From: a virus
Virus record (IMG/VR): IMGVR_UViG_3300035670_000033
Span: 74,072 to 138,071 of that record
DNA length: 64,000 nt
Strand: one strand, 5' to 3'
Shown piece by piece: positions 35,895 to 45,937 of this stretch. The translations under genes and the position numbers were made by a program. A model generated the notes under the pieces. The model was not told where the DNA came from and did not search any database. It worked only from the letters and a program-made list of their open reading frames with translations. Within the stretch, counting starts at the first letter, position 1. Each line of letters opens with the position of its first letter.

Positions 35895-36398
35895 ATGGCT
35901 TTCAATTATGTTGAGTCGTTTCATATTGGTGGATTTTGGTCTAAGGAAGTTGCAAAAGTTTTGAATGGGCGTGGAGTGAGGTGTGTTGCTCCTGATGTCA
36001 AGATCGCTAAAAATAATCATGAGCGTGATGAAATGACGAAGTTTGAGAAAGACATTATTTTTGATTGGACAGATAAATGTCTTGAAGTCAAATCTTCAAC
36101 ACGAGAGTTTACTGATGATGTTTTTCAATATCCTTTTGAATCTTTATTTGTTGACACTGTTTCGGGATATGACGCCAAGGTTGACAAACCTCTTGCTTAT
36201 GTTTTGATTTCGCAGAAAACCCGTGGGATTGTTTGTATTTCACCTAAAACTTATGACAAGTGGAGAAAGGTGAACACCTTTGACCATAAGAGGGAAATCA
36301 TGGAATGGTTTTATAGTGCCCCTAAAGGTGTTCTGCAACCTTTTGATTCTTTGGTTAATCATCTCATTAAAATTCAGAACGAAAGCGATGGCTGGTAA
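35895..36398 (+). CDS. Putative PD-(D/E)XK-type nuclease
   Basis: KDIIF...CLEVKSS (D...ExK). Confidence 0.5.
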   Translation: MAFNYVESFHIGGFWSKEVAKVLNGRGVRCVAPDVKIAKNNHERDEMTKFEKDIIFDWTDKCLEVKSSTREFTDDVFQYPFESLFVDTVSGYDAKVDKPLAYVLISQKTRGIVCISPKTYDKWRKVNTFDHKREIMEWFYSAPKGVLQPFDSLVNHLIKIQNESDGW

Positions 36399-36946
36399 TG
36401 GAAATATCTTTTGTAGACAACAAGCAACTCAAGATCCCTTCGTGGGGGGTGACTAGTATTTTGCGACCCGAGAAGATGCTCCTTAAGGCTTCAATGGTTG
36501 ATTATGGGTGGATACAGCCAATAGTTGTCAAGTCTTCTGACAACATGATCATTGACGGCTATCAAAGGTATTTGATATCCATTGACGACGACAAGTTTCT
36601 CAAAAAGCACGGGAGTTTGGTCCCTGTCATTTACAAAAACGTAGATGAAGTTGAAGCGATGGTTTTACATATTCGTTTGAACCGTGCGCGTGGTGTTGTG
36701 AATTCGTATGCGCTCAGCCGTGCTGTTAAAAGGTTGGTTTCATCAGGGAAATATGAAGAAGATGATTTATCTAATTTGTTTCTGATGCATGATGATGAAA
36801 TTGATTTGCTTATGTCGGATGGGCTTTTGAAGAAGAAGAACTGGCAAAAATACGAGTATTCTCGCGCATGGGTGCCGATTGAGGTTGCAAAACCAGTCGC
36901 AGAGGAAACTGTGACCATTGAGCGTCCACCGAATAGAGATCGCTAA
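36398..36946 (+). CDS. ParB/Srx-like N-terminal domain protein, YbdM/IbrB-like
   Basis: SMVDYGWIQPIVV...IIDGYQRY...IRLNRARG. Confidence 0.85.
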   Translation: MEISFVDNKQLKIPSWGVTSILRPEKMLLKASMVDYGWIQPIVVKSSDNMIIDGYQRYLISIDDDKFLKKHGSLVPVIYKNVDEVEAMVLHIRLNRARGVVNSYALSRAVKRLVSSGKYEEDDLSNLFLMHDDEIDLLMSDGLLKKKNWQKYEYSRAWVPIEVAKPVAEETVTIERPPNRDR

Positions 36947-36967
36947 ATATTGCCGATACTCCATATG

Positions 36968-36976
36968 TGGTAAAAT
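36968..36976 (+). promoter_or_regulatory. Extended -10 promoter element
   Basis: TG-G-TAAAAT, 28 nt upstream of ATG 37005. Confidence 0.4.
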
Positions 36977-37004
36977 CCGAGTAGCCCTTTTTAGGAGAAT
37001 ACTC

Positions 37005-37412
37005 ATGCCACGACCAAGAATGACGGAAGATGTTGAGTTCCGCACAGATGTAGACACTGCTGGCGATGTTGTTCGCCGCGCTCGTTTTGTTCGTCGTCGT
37101 CGTCGTGTGGGTGGTCGTAATGTGCCCGGAAATGCTCGGTATTACCGTCGCCGTCAGGCAGAACTCAACGCGGCGAGGCGTCAACGCCGTGGCGCTGTAG
37201 CAGGTGCTCGTAACGCCGCTCGTCGTGGTCGTGCCGCTGAAAGAACAGCGCGAGGCGCAGGTCGTGCAGGTCGTAACGCTGGCAATTCACGCACCGTAAC
37301 CCCTCGGGCGACTCAGGGGGCAACTCGTCGTGGCGGAATCAGGGGAGCGTTGGCTCGGGTAGCAAGAGCAGCCGCCAACAGGCTTGAGAGACGCCGTAAT
37401 AGTCGTCGCTAA
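37005..37412 (+). CDS. Arginine-rich, protamine-like protein
   Basis: 135 aa, about 40 Arg, no Lys; strong SD AGGAG. Confidence 0.75.
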   Translation: MPRPRMTEDVEFRTDVDTAGDVVRRARFVRRRRRVGGRNVPGNARYYRRRQAELNAARRQRRGAVAGARNAARRGRAAERTARGAGRAGRNAGNSRTVTPRATQGATRRGGIRGALARVARAAANRLERRRNSRR

Positions 37413-37428
37413 TAATCGGAGGTAACCG

Positions 37429-38304
37429 ATGGCTTTGGTGACGGTTTCTGAACTGAAGACTTACATGGATATTAGTTTTTCTAATAGACAAGAAGACGCT
37501 GCTCAATTTGTGATTGATGGTCTTCAAAGCGAGTTGGAAACATATTTGCGACGACCAATTGAAGTTGATTCTTTCGTGGAAACACATGTTCTTGAATCTG
37601 ATCATGTTGGCTTGCCTATGAGTTCAAGTCTTTTCAATGACGTTTATAACGCAACAGATATTGATCCTGTTGGAATAGTTACATTCGGTACCCCGCCTCC
37701 AACGATCTATTTGCTTAACTCTCCCGTCATATCTGTGCAGAGCGTCACTATAAAAAATCTCTCTCAGGCACAACAGGTTTTGGGTGAGGCACTGAAAAGG
37801 ACCGCAACTGTAACAGGGGCAACTGTTACTTCAACAACTGTTACTTATACTGCCTCAAACCATGGTTTCACGATCGGTCAAAATGTTTCTGTAACAGGAA
37901 TGAGTAATTCTCAAATTAATTTGGCATCAAAAATTATTTCCGCTGTAACTTCATCAACTTTTGTGGTTGAACAAACTGGTTTGACTACAGGAACTTTTAC
38001 TCAAACGGGTACAGCGGACGCAACAGGGTATGACTATACGGTTCGTAAATATGGAATTGATTTTTATCGTGGGTATGCAAATGACAATGTCACCGTCACC
38101 TATACTGCTGGTCTCGCTGGAGATGGAATACCAATGTTTAAACTCATGATTCTTCGCGCCGCTGCTCGTGAAGTTCAAAACATGCATGACGATGTTGTGG
38201 GTATCAAGGATCTTGGTGCTCGTGAAGTAGCCCTTCAGGAAACAGGGTTTTTGGAGAAAGAATTGATGGCTGTGAAACGGTGGCGCAGAAACAGGATTGG
38301 GTAG
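37429..38304 (+). CDS. Head-to-tail adaptor with an inserted beta domain
   Basis: LVTVSELKTYM...ELETYLRRPI, VTVTYTAG, ILRAAAR; insert at about 37800-38030. Confidence 0.8.
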   Translation: MALVTVSELKTYMDISFSNRQEDAAQFVIDGLQSELETYLRRPIEVDSFVETHVLESDHVGLPMSSSLFNDVYNATDIDPVGIVTFGTPPPTIYLLNSPVISVQSVTIKNLSQAQQVLGEALKRTATVTGATVTSTTVTYTASNHGFTIGQNVSVTGMSNSQINLASKIISAVTSSTFVVEQTGLTTGTFTQTGTADATGYDYTVRKYGIDFYRGYANDNVTVTYTAGLAGDGIPMFKLMILRAAAREVQNMHDDVVGIKDLGAREVALQETGFLEKELMAVKRWRRNRIG

Positions 38305-38307
38305 ATA

Positions 38308-38772
38308 ATGGCAAGTGACCTGAAAATAAAAATAAAGGTTGATGCCCGCGCCGCCATAGCGAGAATGAAAGCGATGGAGCGACGCTCAATGGATTTTCGT
38401 CCTGTTTTCAAATGGGCTAAACGAGAGTTGCAAAGAGCGAACGCAGCGAACTTTACTGCGAATGGTTTACCTGTTGGTGGATGGTCTCCGTTGAAGCCTC
38501 GTTACGCGGCTTGGAAGGCAACAAGATTCCCCGGTGCACCGACTTTGGTTATGTCTGGAAAACTATTTCGTGAATTACGCTCTCTTGATGGTCCTGCGAA
38601 TAGTGTCGGTTTGAAGAAGGCTACTTTTGGTACTGATGTTGAGTACGCAAAGTTTCATCAATATGGAACCACGAATATGGCGAAACGGCAGATAGTTTAT
38701 GAGCCAACTGGTTTTGCTGAGAGGCTCGCAATAATTGCTGCCGACTATGTCACTGACGGGCGGGTGCGCTAA
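38308..38772 (+). CDS. Virion morphogenesis / tail completion protein (Mu gpG-like)
   Basis: GWSPLKPRY...LVMSGKL...FGTDVEYAKFHQYGTTNMAKRQI. Confidence 0.85.
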   Translation: MASDLKIKIKVDARAAIARMKAMERRSMDFRPVFKWAKRELQRANAANFTANGLPVGGWSPLKPRYAAWKATRFPGAPTLVMSGKLFRELRSLDGPANSVGLKKATFGTDVEYAKFHQYGTTNMAKRQIVYEPTGFAERLAIIAADYVTDGRVR

Positions 38773-39384
38773 ATGTCTACCCCTGTAACAGATTTGATGC
38801 ATGGCGCACAGTGGGCTAAGTATTATGTCAACAATTATTTGATTAGTGATTTGCCGAACAGAATGAACCGTTACCGTTCAGGTTGGAACCTTGACTCAAA
38901 CGAACTTCCAACACCCGAGTTCTTCTTAACCTATGAGCCAATCGCGCTTGACCACTGGCCGACAATTATCACCGTATGTTTATCCACTTCGCCTTTTGAG
39001 CGAATGATGCAGGGTCTTCAAGGCGATCCCATCTATCGTGTCACCTACAGTATGCGCACATACATTTGGACGAAAACCGAAGGTTCCGAAGAAGTGACAC
39101 TGATGCGAGATAGGTTGACAACTGTTGTCAGGTCGGCGTTGATGGATAAGCCCTGTCTGACACGGTATGACAGCACCCTTGACACCGAAGTAATGGTTGA
39201 GGAATCATCTATTCGTGAAGAGTTTTCTGATTTAACTCTCATAAAAGGTGACCGCGTATTAGCGGGAGCATATTTAGGCTATGATTTAATATTGAACGAA
39301 GTCATTTATAGAGATCAAATTGCGGCTATAACTGGCTACAACATTGAAAACTACAACATGCGCAACACAGGAGCAACGTACTAA
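38773..39384 (+). CDS. Probable tail terminator
   Basis: Position between neck and sheath genes; alternating beta pattern. Confidence 0.55.
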   Translation: MSTPVTDLMHGAQWAKYYVNNYLISDLPNRMNRYRSGWNLDSNELPTPEFFLTYEPIALDHWPTIITVCLSTSPFERMMQGLQGDPIYRVTYSMRTYIWTKTEGSEEVTLMRDRLTTVVRSALMDKPCLTRYDSTLDTEVMVEESSIREEFSDLTLIKGDRVLAGAYLGYDLILNEVIYRDQIAAITGYNIENYNMRNTGATY

Positions 39385-39749
39385 TGGAGCCAAATTACGG
39401 CAAAACGGGTTCTAAGGGCACTATTCGTGTCTGGAATACAACCAATGGCTACCTTGACGTATCTGAGGAAGGACACCTCCTTCAAGGACAAACCGCTGCA
39501 TGGGTGGAAGAAACTTCAGAAATAGTTTCCCTGATTGAACAAGGACTATTAGAAGTGCTTGAAGGTCAAGTAAGCGTAAGCACACAAACCTCTTCCGCTG
39601 AAATGCCAAAAAAAAAGAAGTCATCCCCATTAGCAGGGGAAACATCCAGCAATTCGGAAACAGACGATCAAGTTGCTGTGGACGACGATAAAAAAGATGA
39701 AAAAGAATCAACCCAATCAAATAATGATGTTTCTGTTGAGACAGTTTAA
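39384..39749 (+). CDS. Small protein upstream of the sheath gene
   Basis: 121 aa with acidic, low-complexity tail. Confidence 0.65.
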   Translation: MEPNYGKTGSKGTIRVWNTTNGYLDVSEEGHLLQGQTAAWVEETSEIVSLIEQGLLEVLEGQVSVSTQTSSAEMPKKKKSSPLAGETSSNSETDDQVAVDDDKKDEKESTQSNNDVSVETV

Positions 39750-39802
39750 GTAATGTATACTCGTTTTACGGAAATTTCTTCAACTCAAATGGATGGTGCT
39801 AG

Positions 39803-41275
39803 ATGGCCGGAGTAACAATTACAACAGCAGTTCGCACGGGCGCTGTCAATGTGGGAACCGCACCCGCAGCGAAATTTTTCCTTTTGGGAACAGCCGAGCG
39901 CGGAAAAGGTTCCGTAGCGGTCGCTGTAACTTCGCTTGAAGATTTTGAAGACAAATTCGGAGTACATGTAAGCGGTTCGTACTCGTGGTACTCAATGAAG
40001 ACCTTCTTTGAAGAAGGTGGTGTTGAGGCTTACTTTGTTAAAGTTGACGCCGACGCTGGCGTTGCGGCAACGAAAGCACTAACAAGCGCAACCTCCGCAG
40101 GACCTGGTGTAACTTTTACAGCAGTAAGTAAAGGCGCTTGGGGTAACACGGCAACATTTGTGGTAACCAACAACACAACCACTTTTGACCTGACGATCTC
40201 GTATGACACTAGCGGAGCAACCATTTTTTCTGGCACGGGCTACACCTCGCTTACCGAATTGGTTGAAGCAGCGAATGCAGATACGACACTGGCGAACTAC
40301 TACACCTGCGCCCTGACATCTGGTGCAGATGCTTCACACCTTTTGGCGACATCTGCTTCTTCTTCAGCAACTAACGGCGCGGACGGAACAGTGGCGAAAT
40401 CAGATTTCATTAGCGCGATTTCTTTGTTCACCGAAGATCTCGGTTCAGGGGCAGTTGCGGCACCGGGTGTCGCTACAGGCTCTTCTGATGCGGCTTTGTA
40501 TGATGCTCTTCGCACGCATGCCGTTTCATATAACCGTATTGCGCTTTGTGGTTTCGCTTCATCTGCGACACTTGCTCAGGCACGCTCCGCTTCAACGGGA
40601 TACACGGGAACGACTTCACACGAATATATGGCTTTCTACCATCCATGGGTGCAAATCCCTAATGGTTCAGTAACCGTTGACATACCAGCAGAAGCATATG
40701 TAGCCGCTGTCCGTTCACGCACACACAACGCAGTTGGTGCTTGGAAGGCTTACGCAGGTGTTGCTTCTGAAGCAAAATTCGTAACAGGTATCACATTACC
40801 TGTAAGCAGAAGCGATGCGGATCTAATGGATGCATCGTATGTCAACCCATTGCGTATCATCAACGGTCGTGTCCGCATCTATGGTGCTCGTTCACACTCA
40901 TCGGTTGTTGCTCAATGGCGTTTCATTACTGCCCGCGACACAATCAACTACATCAATGTTGAGGCAAACAACCGTCTAGAGGATCTCGTGTTCTCAACCA
41001 TTGACGGACGAAGCACCCTTTACGCAAACATCATCAACGCAATTCAATCCGTTGTTGAACCGATTCGCATTAACGGTGGCTTCTACGAAGGCTTCGCCGC
41101 TGATGGTCGCCGTATTGACTACGGTTACACAATCAAGTGTGATGCTTCTTTGAACCCGCTGTCACAACTTGAAGCAGGAACAGTTAAGGCAAGACTTGGT
41201 GTTCGCGTCTCAAGTATCGGCGACAAAATTGAAGTTGATCTCATCAAGTCAAATCTAACAACTGCTTTGGCATAA
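39803..41275 (+). CDS. Contractile tail sheath protein
   Basis: YHPWV, PAEAYVAA..GAWKAYAG, VNPLRIINGRVRIYGARS..WRFITAR. Confidence 0.92.
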   Translation: MAGVTITTAVRTGAVNVGTAPAAKFFLLGTAERGKGSVAVAVTSLEDFEDKFGVHVSGSYSWYSMKTFFEEGGVEAYFVKVDADAGVAATKALTSATSAGPGVTFTAVSKGAWGNTATFVVTNNTTTFDLTISYDTSGATIFSGTGYTSLTELVEAANADTTLANYYTCALTSGADASHLLATSASSSATNGADGTVAKSDFISAISLFTEDLGSGAVAAPGVATGSSDAALYDALRTHAVSYNRIALCGFASSATLAQARSASTGYTGTTSHEYMAFYHPWVQIPNGSVTVDIPAEAYVAAVRSRTHNAVGAWKAYAGVASEAKFVTGITLPVSRSDADLMDASYVNPLRIINGRVRIYGARSHSSVVAQWRFITARDTINYINVEANNRLEDLVFSTIDGRSTLYANIINAIQSVVEPIRINGGFYEGFAADGRRIDYGYTIKCDASLNPLSQLEAGTVKARLGVRVSSIGDKIEVDLIKSNLTTALA

Positions 41276-41286
41276 CGGAGGAATAA

Positions 41287-41766
41287 ATGGCTCGTCCACA
41301 ACTGTTCAAGAATCTTGCTACACAACGCCAAATTGTTGGTAAGATCACGCCATCGCAAGGCACCGTTGGTCTCCCAACATTCCCTGACTATTTCACACAG
41401 ATCTCTGGTGGAGAAATCACGGCATCGGTTGAGAAGGTGTATCACGGTGGAGACTTGTTCTCAGAAACTCTTTGTGCCCCAATGGAAATTGGCGACATCA
41501 CCGTAACGGGATATGTGTCAACTGATAGTGCGTTTATGCAGAAGATTCAGGCTTTGCGTCCAGTTGTTGGTCGTGTCCGTTACGACATTGATGTTCATGT
41601 TTTTGACTGTGATATTGCTGTTCCTGGTGCTGACCGTCAGTACACCAACGCTCTTCTTGTTGGTTTGACCGAACCAGACGGTGATGCCACCTCGGGAACT
41701 CCAGCGACTTTCACGCTGACATTCAGTGTCGCTACCGTTTCTGTGGGTAACACGCCACAAGCATAA
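41287..41766 (+). CDS. Tail tube protein
   Basis: Follows sheath; FTQISGGE, IGDITVTG, TFTLTFSV. Confidence 0.8.
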   Translation: MARPQLFKNLATQRQIVGKITPSQGTVGLPTFPDYFTQISGGEITASVEKVYHGGDLFSETLCAPMEIGDITVTGYVSTDSAFMQKIQALRPVVGRVRYDIDVHVFDCDIAVPGADRQYTNALLVGLTEPDGDATSGTPATFTLTFSVATVSVGNTPQA

Positions 41767-41780
41767 TCACCCTTTTATTC

Positions 41781-41816
41781 GGGGTTGCATTTTGGTGGTT
41801 GAAGCCGTGTTAGTGT
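41781..41816 (+). promoter_or_regulatory. Candidate late promoter, leaderless, for the tail chaperone gene
   Basis: GGGGTTGCATTT-15 bp-TGT-TAGTGT, ATG 7 nt downstream. Confidence 0.45.
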
Positions 41817-41823
41817 TGCGTCC

Positions 41824-42372
41824 ATGACCAACATTCAATTCAATTCAGAAGATAGTACGAGTTTCACTACTTCGGCAGTGCCAATGTCTCGTCGTGTGGA
41901 TAGTACGACTGCGGAACCAGACAATGTTTTGGACAGTTTGAAGAAAGTTATTCAAGACAAGGTTCGCCGCGGTGATGTCTATATTCCAATCCCAGAGCGA
42001 CCCGGTGTCATGATTCGTGTATCACCAAACATCTCCCAAGCGCAACTTAAGAGTTGGCGTCGTAACGCTGGCGAGGAGCGCAAGGGCGGAATGGACACAT
42101 TGAAGTTCTCAACTAATCTCATCGCCGCGACAACTACAGGCATTTTGCTTAACGAAGTTGTTGCTACTGATGACAATGGTGTTGAAGTAACTTTTGCTTC
42201 GCCTGAGATCATGGCTATGACTAACACTTCGCGACCACACCCTGACTGCGTTTTGGCTTTCTTCGGTTTGGAACCTCATGTTGAAGCAGCGGCTGTAGCG
42301 ATCATTGAGGCTGCTGGTTATGGAGACAATGTGGACGCATTGGACCCTACGAAGAGGTCTTCCGAGAGTTAA
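41824..42372 (+). CDS. Tail assembly chaperone
   Basis: Between tube and tape measure; ends ...ALDPTKRSSES. Confidence 0.8.
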   Translation: MTNIQFNSEDSTSFTTSAVPMSRRVDSTTAEPDNVLDSLKKVIQDKVRRGDVYIPIPERPGVMIRVSPNISQAQLKSWRRNAGEERKGGMDTLKFSTNLIAATTTGILLNEVVATDDNGVEVTFASPEIMAMTNTSRPHPDCVLAFFGLEPHVEAAAVAIIEAAGYGDNVDALDPTKRSSES

Positions 42373-42545
42373 CGGACGATTTCCGCGTAATTTTAGCGGC
42401 GAGGCTTGGAGACCTCTTCAAAACCGATCCAATACAACTCTTGAACAGCACTACAGAAGAATGGATTATTCGTCTTGCTTGTGCTAAAGTTATACAGACG
42501 GATAGAGAAAAACAGGAAGCAGAACAACGAAGAAATTCTCGTTGA
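42345..42545 (+). CDS. Tail assembly chaperone extension in the -1 frame (probable frameshift product)
   Basis: -1 frame open from 42309 to TGA 42545 with no ATG: PYEEVFRELTDDFRVILAARLGDLFKTDPIQLL...RRNSR. Confidence 0.65.
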   Translation, partial: PYEEVFRELTDDFRVILAARLGDLFKTDPIQLLNSTTEEWIIRLACAKVIQTDREKQEAEQRRNSR

Positions 42546-42592
42546 TTTGCTGGAGCGCTCATATTCATAACCCTTAAAACGGAGATGGATGT

Positions 42593-45500
42593 ATGCCAGC
42601 CGAGCGCGTAGTAATTGATATTGAGGTCAATTCTGATATCGCGACGATTGAGGCTACCCGTCAAGCCCTTGATCGTTTAACGAACGCACAACGCAGATAT
42701 AACCGTGAGCGAGACCGAGAACCCCGTGGTGGGGGTGGCGGTGGCTCAGGTAGTGGGGGCGGTGGCTCTGGTGGTGGTTCTGGTGGCGGTGGCGGACGAG
42801 GAGGACGAGGTGGCGGAGGTCGTCGCGGCAACGGACGCTATGACGGATTCGGTGGACAAGTTTTTGACTTCCGTGGGGACGCAGGAAAAGCAATCGCTAG
42901 TTACGGAAAACTTCTTGGGTTGGTTAACAAACTTTCAATGATTTCTCTTCCGCTTATGGCGGGCGCATTGGGTTTGATAAGTCTCGCTTTTAAGGCTGGG
43001 ACATATTTTGTGAAAATGTATCAGGCGGCGATGTCTACGCTTGCCTCAAGTGTTGGTATCGCGTTTGTTGCATTGACAACGTTCTTGGCTGCGCAAAGAG
43101 AGTTTTCTGCTGTGCAGAACTCGCCAGCCTATTATCAGGGCGCGGTAAACACTACCGATAGGTTTGTTGCCGCTGGGCAGGCTCTTTCAATGTTCACAGA
43201 CAACACCCAACTTGCTGTAGTTGGGGCGAAAGGTTTGCAGGCTTCTTTCACAACGCTGAGCAAAGTAAAACCAGTTACTGGTGAAACTGTTGCCGCTTAC
43301 ACATCGTTGATGGATGTTGTTGCTGGTAGTGGTGGAGACTTGGAGAAGGGTTCACAGAAACTTGCCGACTTCTTGGCGGCTGTGCAAAAGAAGGGTAGTC
43401 TTGCTGGTGGTGCTCAAGCCGCCAAAGAGTTGGGTCCTGATTTTGAAAAGATAGTCAAAGAAGCATCTGCTCTCGGTATTAAAACTAGTGAAGAGTTTTT
43501 GAAAGCAGCGGCTGAAGGAAAACTTGGTGAAACTTTTGCCACCAAATACGCTGGAACATTAGACGCCTTAAACAATACTGTAATGGGTCGTTTCAAGCAG
43601 GCTATTACCGCAATCAAGGGGCAACTAACCGATCTCGGTGGACAGTACCTCGGTGAAACTGGTGGGGCGATTTCTCGTCTTCAGGGGATTATTTCTAAGG
43701 TCATTTCTCGTCTGAATTATGTGCTTCAGGATTTTGATGTAAGCGGGAAAATGGGTGGTTTTCTTGATGCTGTAGATAAGGGTGCAGACAAGTTAATTGT
43801 TTTGATGACCAAGTATCTCAATACAACACCTACTCTTTTTCAGTTTTTTGCAAACAGTTTTAACACGATCGGCAATGCGTTTGACGCTATGCAGGATTGG
43901 ATGAGACAATTCCAAGCCGCTGGCGAACTTATCAATGAATACTTTTTTAAACCTCTGTTTTCTTCGTTGGGTACGAGTTTCACAACGAGCATGTCAAGTC
44001 TTGCTGACACCATTGAAAGAAACAAGGGAAGTATTGAATCTTTTGCAAATCAAATTGCGAACACCCTTATTGCTATCGGCAAGTATGGCGATGTTGTTCG
44101 TCAACTATTCGTGGGGGCGATGCCTGTATTGCAACTCCTTTTGAAAGTTGTTGAATTATTTTTCAAAGGGTTAGCAGGTTTCGGCAAGGCTGCTTTGAGT
44201 ATCGCCAACGCCTTAAAGTCTATTGGTCTAGGCAAATTAGGCGGTGTAGTCAATGTCGTTGCCTTGTACGCATTGTTCACTATTGCTAAAAGATTTTTTA
44301 CTGTTCTTGGAACAATGTTTGGGAAAAGAATGCCAAATATGAACATTCAGGCTGGTGTGGTAAATGTTAATGGAGGAATCGGTGCAGGTGGTTTGACCCC
44401 CAACCAGATGTCGGGTAGGGGCTACATGTCAGCGAGACAAAGAATGATGTCTATGGGCAGACAAATAAGGGGTGGTGGTTTAGTGAGAGGAGGCAGGGCG
44501 GCATTGGCTGGTGTTTCAAAATTTGCCGCTCCTCTTGCGATCGCTGGTGGTTCATATTTGGCAGGAAGCGCAATCGCTGGACGATTCAATGACGACTCCG
44601 TAAAATCTAAAGGAACTTCTGCGCTTGCGAGCGCGGCGGTCGGCGCTGCTATTGGTGGCGCTATTGGTGGTCCTGTTGGTGCTGGTATCGGTGCGGCTAT
44701 AGGTGGTTTAACTGGATATCTCAAGGCAGGAAAACAACGAAAAGAAACACGCAAAGCCGCAGAGGGTCTTTTAGACAATTTCTCAGCAAGCATTGACGAG
44801 GCTATCGCTGGCGGAAACGTTGACGACCTGTTAGCAGCCCGAGATCAACTCATTGCTGATAGAGCAAAACTAATAAACACCAACGCCGATCCAGCGTATG
44901 CCGCTAAGGCTGTTGCAAAATATGATGCTGAGTTTGAAAAGTTGAACTCGCATATAGATAATTACACAAACAATGTTGGTATTTCTGATAAATATTTTGG
45001 TATCGGCGCTGAATCTTTGAACAAACTCGCACTCGCTGCGGGTATTGACCTTAAAGACCGAATGATGAATTTCCGTGAAGTTCTTGACCTTGTTGGTAAA
45101 ACCGCTGAGGAAAAAGCAAGACTGATAAAAGTTGCTTGGGCGAACATAGGTTCTTTTGCTGTTAGTGAGGCAATGAGTTACTTTGATAAGAAGGCTCAAG
45201 CCAAGGAGCAAGGGAAGCAACTTAACGCTACTCAAGCGAGAATTTTGACTGGTGATGTTTCTACTGCGACAAGCGATCAATATCTTAAGCAGATGTTGGA
45301 TTACAACGTTTCCAAGTTTGGTGATGTTGGTGGTTTAACTAACGCTTTTGTTACTTTAGAAAAGCAGTTGACCACTGGTAGTTTGAAGGATATTAGTGAT
45401 ACTCAAAAAGAGTATTTGCGCAGTGAATTAGTTAATGCTGGTGCTACACCTGAGGCATTGTTGAAGAACATTGACGCAACCGAACTGGCAACCCTTGTCA

Positions 45501-45931
45501 GTGGTAATGGTGGCTTGTCGGCTTTCACTAAGTCCGACGGAACAATAGACTCAGCAAGATTAATGAGTATGATTACGAGTAAGGTTTCCACTGATCCAAC
45601 ATTCCTTGCGAACTTTATTGAAGCACAGCAATCAGCAGATGCTTCGGTTGCCGCTTATCAGACGAACGCGCTTTTAACAACTGGTTCCGTACCAGCATCA
45701 ATGATTGGCGCTGGTGGGTCAATGTCTCCAGCGGAAAGAAATGCTAGGGGCATACCTAGCGTTTATACCCCACCAGCAGCAAATGCTATGTCCCCGTCAT
45801 ATGTAAACACTACGATCAACGCTTCTGTTTTGGATCGTGGAACTATTCAACAAATTGAAGCGGCTATCGCTAAGGCTCTTCGTGAACAAAAAGAGCGCGG
45901 TGCACAAGCACCAGTCGCACCGAGATCGTAG
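42593..45931 (+). CDS. Tape measure protein
   Basis: 1112 aa, Ala/Gly-rich helical protein after the chaperones, with hydrophobic stretches. Confidence 0.9.
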   Translation: MPAERVVIDIEVNSDIATIEATRQALDRLTNAQRRYNRERDREPRGGGGGGSGSGGGGSGGGSGGGGGRGGRGGGGRRGNGRYDGFGGQVFDFRGDAGKAIASYGKLLGLVNKLSMISLPLMAGALGLISLAFKAGTYFVKMYQAAMSTLASSVGIAFVALTTFLAAQREFSAVQNSPAYYQGAVNTTDRFVAAGQALSMFTDNTQLAVVGAKGLQASFTTLSKVKPVTGETVAAYTSLMDVVAGSGGDLEKGSQKLADFLAAVQKKGSLAGGAQAAKELGPDFEKIVKEASALGIKTSEEFLKAAAEGKLGETFATKYAGTLDALNNTVMGRFKQAITAIKGQLTDLGGQYLGETGGAISRLQGIISKVISRLNYVLQDFDVSGKMGGFLDAVDKGADKLIVLMTKYLNTTPTLFQFFANSFNTIGNAFDAMQDWMRQFQAAGELINEYFFKPLFSSLGTSFTTSMSSLADTIERNKGSIESFANQIANTLIAIGKYGDVVRQLFVGAMPVLQLLLKVVELFFKGLAGFGKAALSIANALKSIGLGKLGGVVNVVALYALFTIAKRFFTVLGTMFGKRMPNMNIQAGVVNVNGGIGAGGLTPNQMSGRGYMSARQRMMSMGRQIRGGGLVRGGRAALAGVSKFAAPLAIAGGSYLAGSAIAGRFNDDSVKSKGTSALASAAVGAAIGGAIGGPVGAGIGAAIGGLTGYLKAGKQRKETRKAAEGLLDNFSASIDEAIAGGNVDDLLAARDQLIADRAKLINTNADPAYAAKAVAKYDAEFEKLNSHIDNYTNNVGISDKYFGIGAESLNKLALAAGIDLKDRMMNFREVLDLVGKTAEEKARLIKVAWANIGSFAVSEAMSYFDKKAQAKEQGKQLNATQARILTGDVSTATSDQYLKQMLDYNVSKFGDVGGLTNAFVTLEKQLTTGSLKDISDTQKEYLRSELVNAGATPEALLKNIDATELATLVSGNGGLSAFTKSDGTIDSARLMSMITSKVSTDPTFLANFIEAQQSADASVAAYQTNALLTTGSVPASMIGAGGSMSPAERNARGIPSVYTPPAANAMSPSYVNTTINASVLDRGTIQQIEAAIAKALREQKERGAQAPVAPRS

Positions 45932-45937
45932 GCGGTT

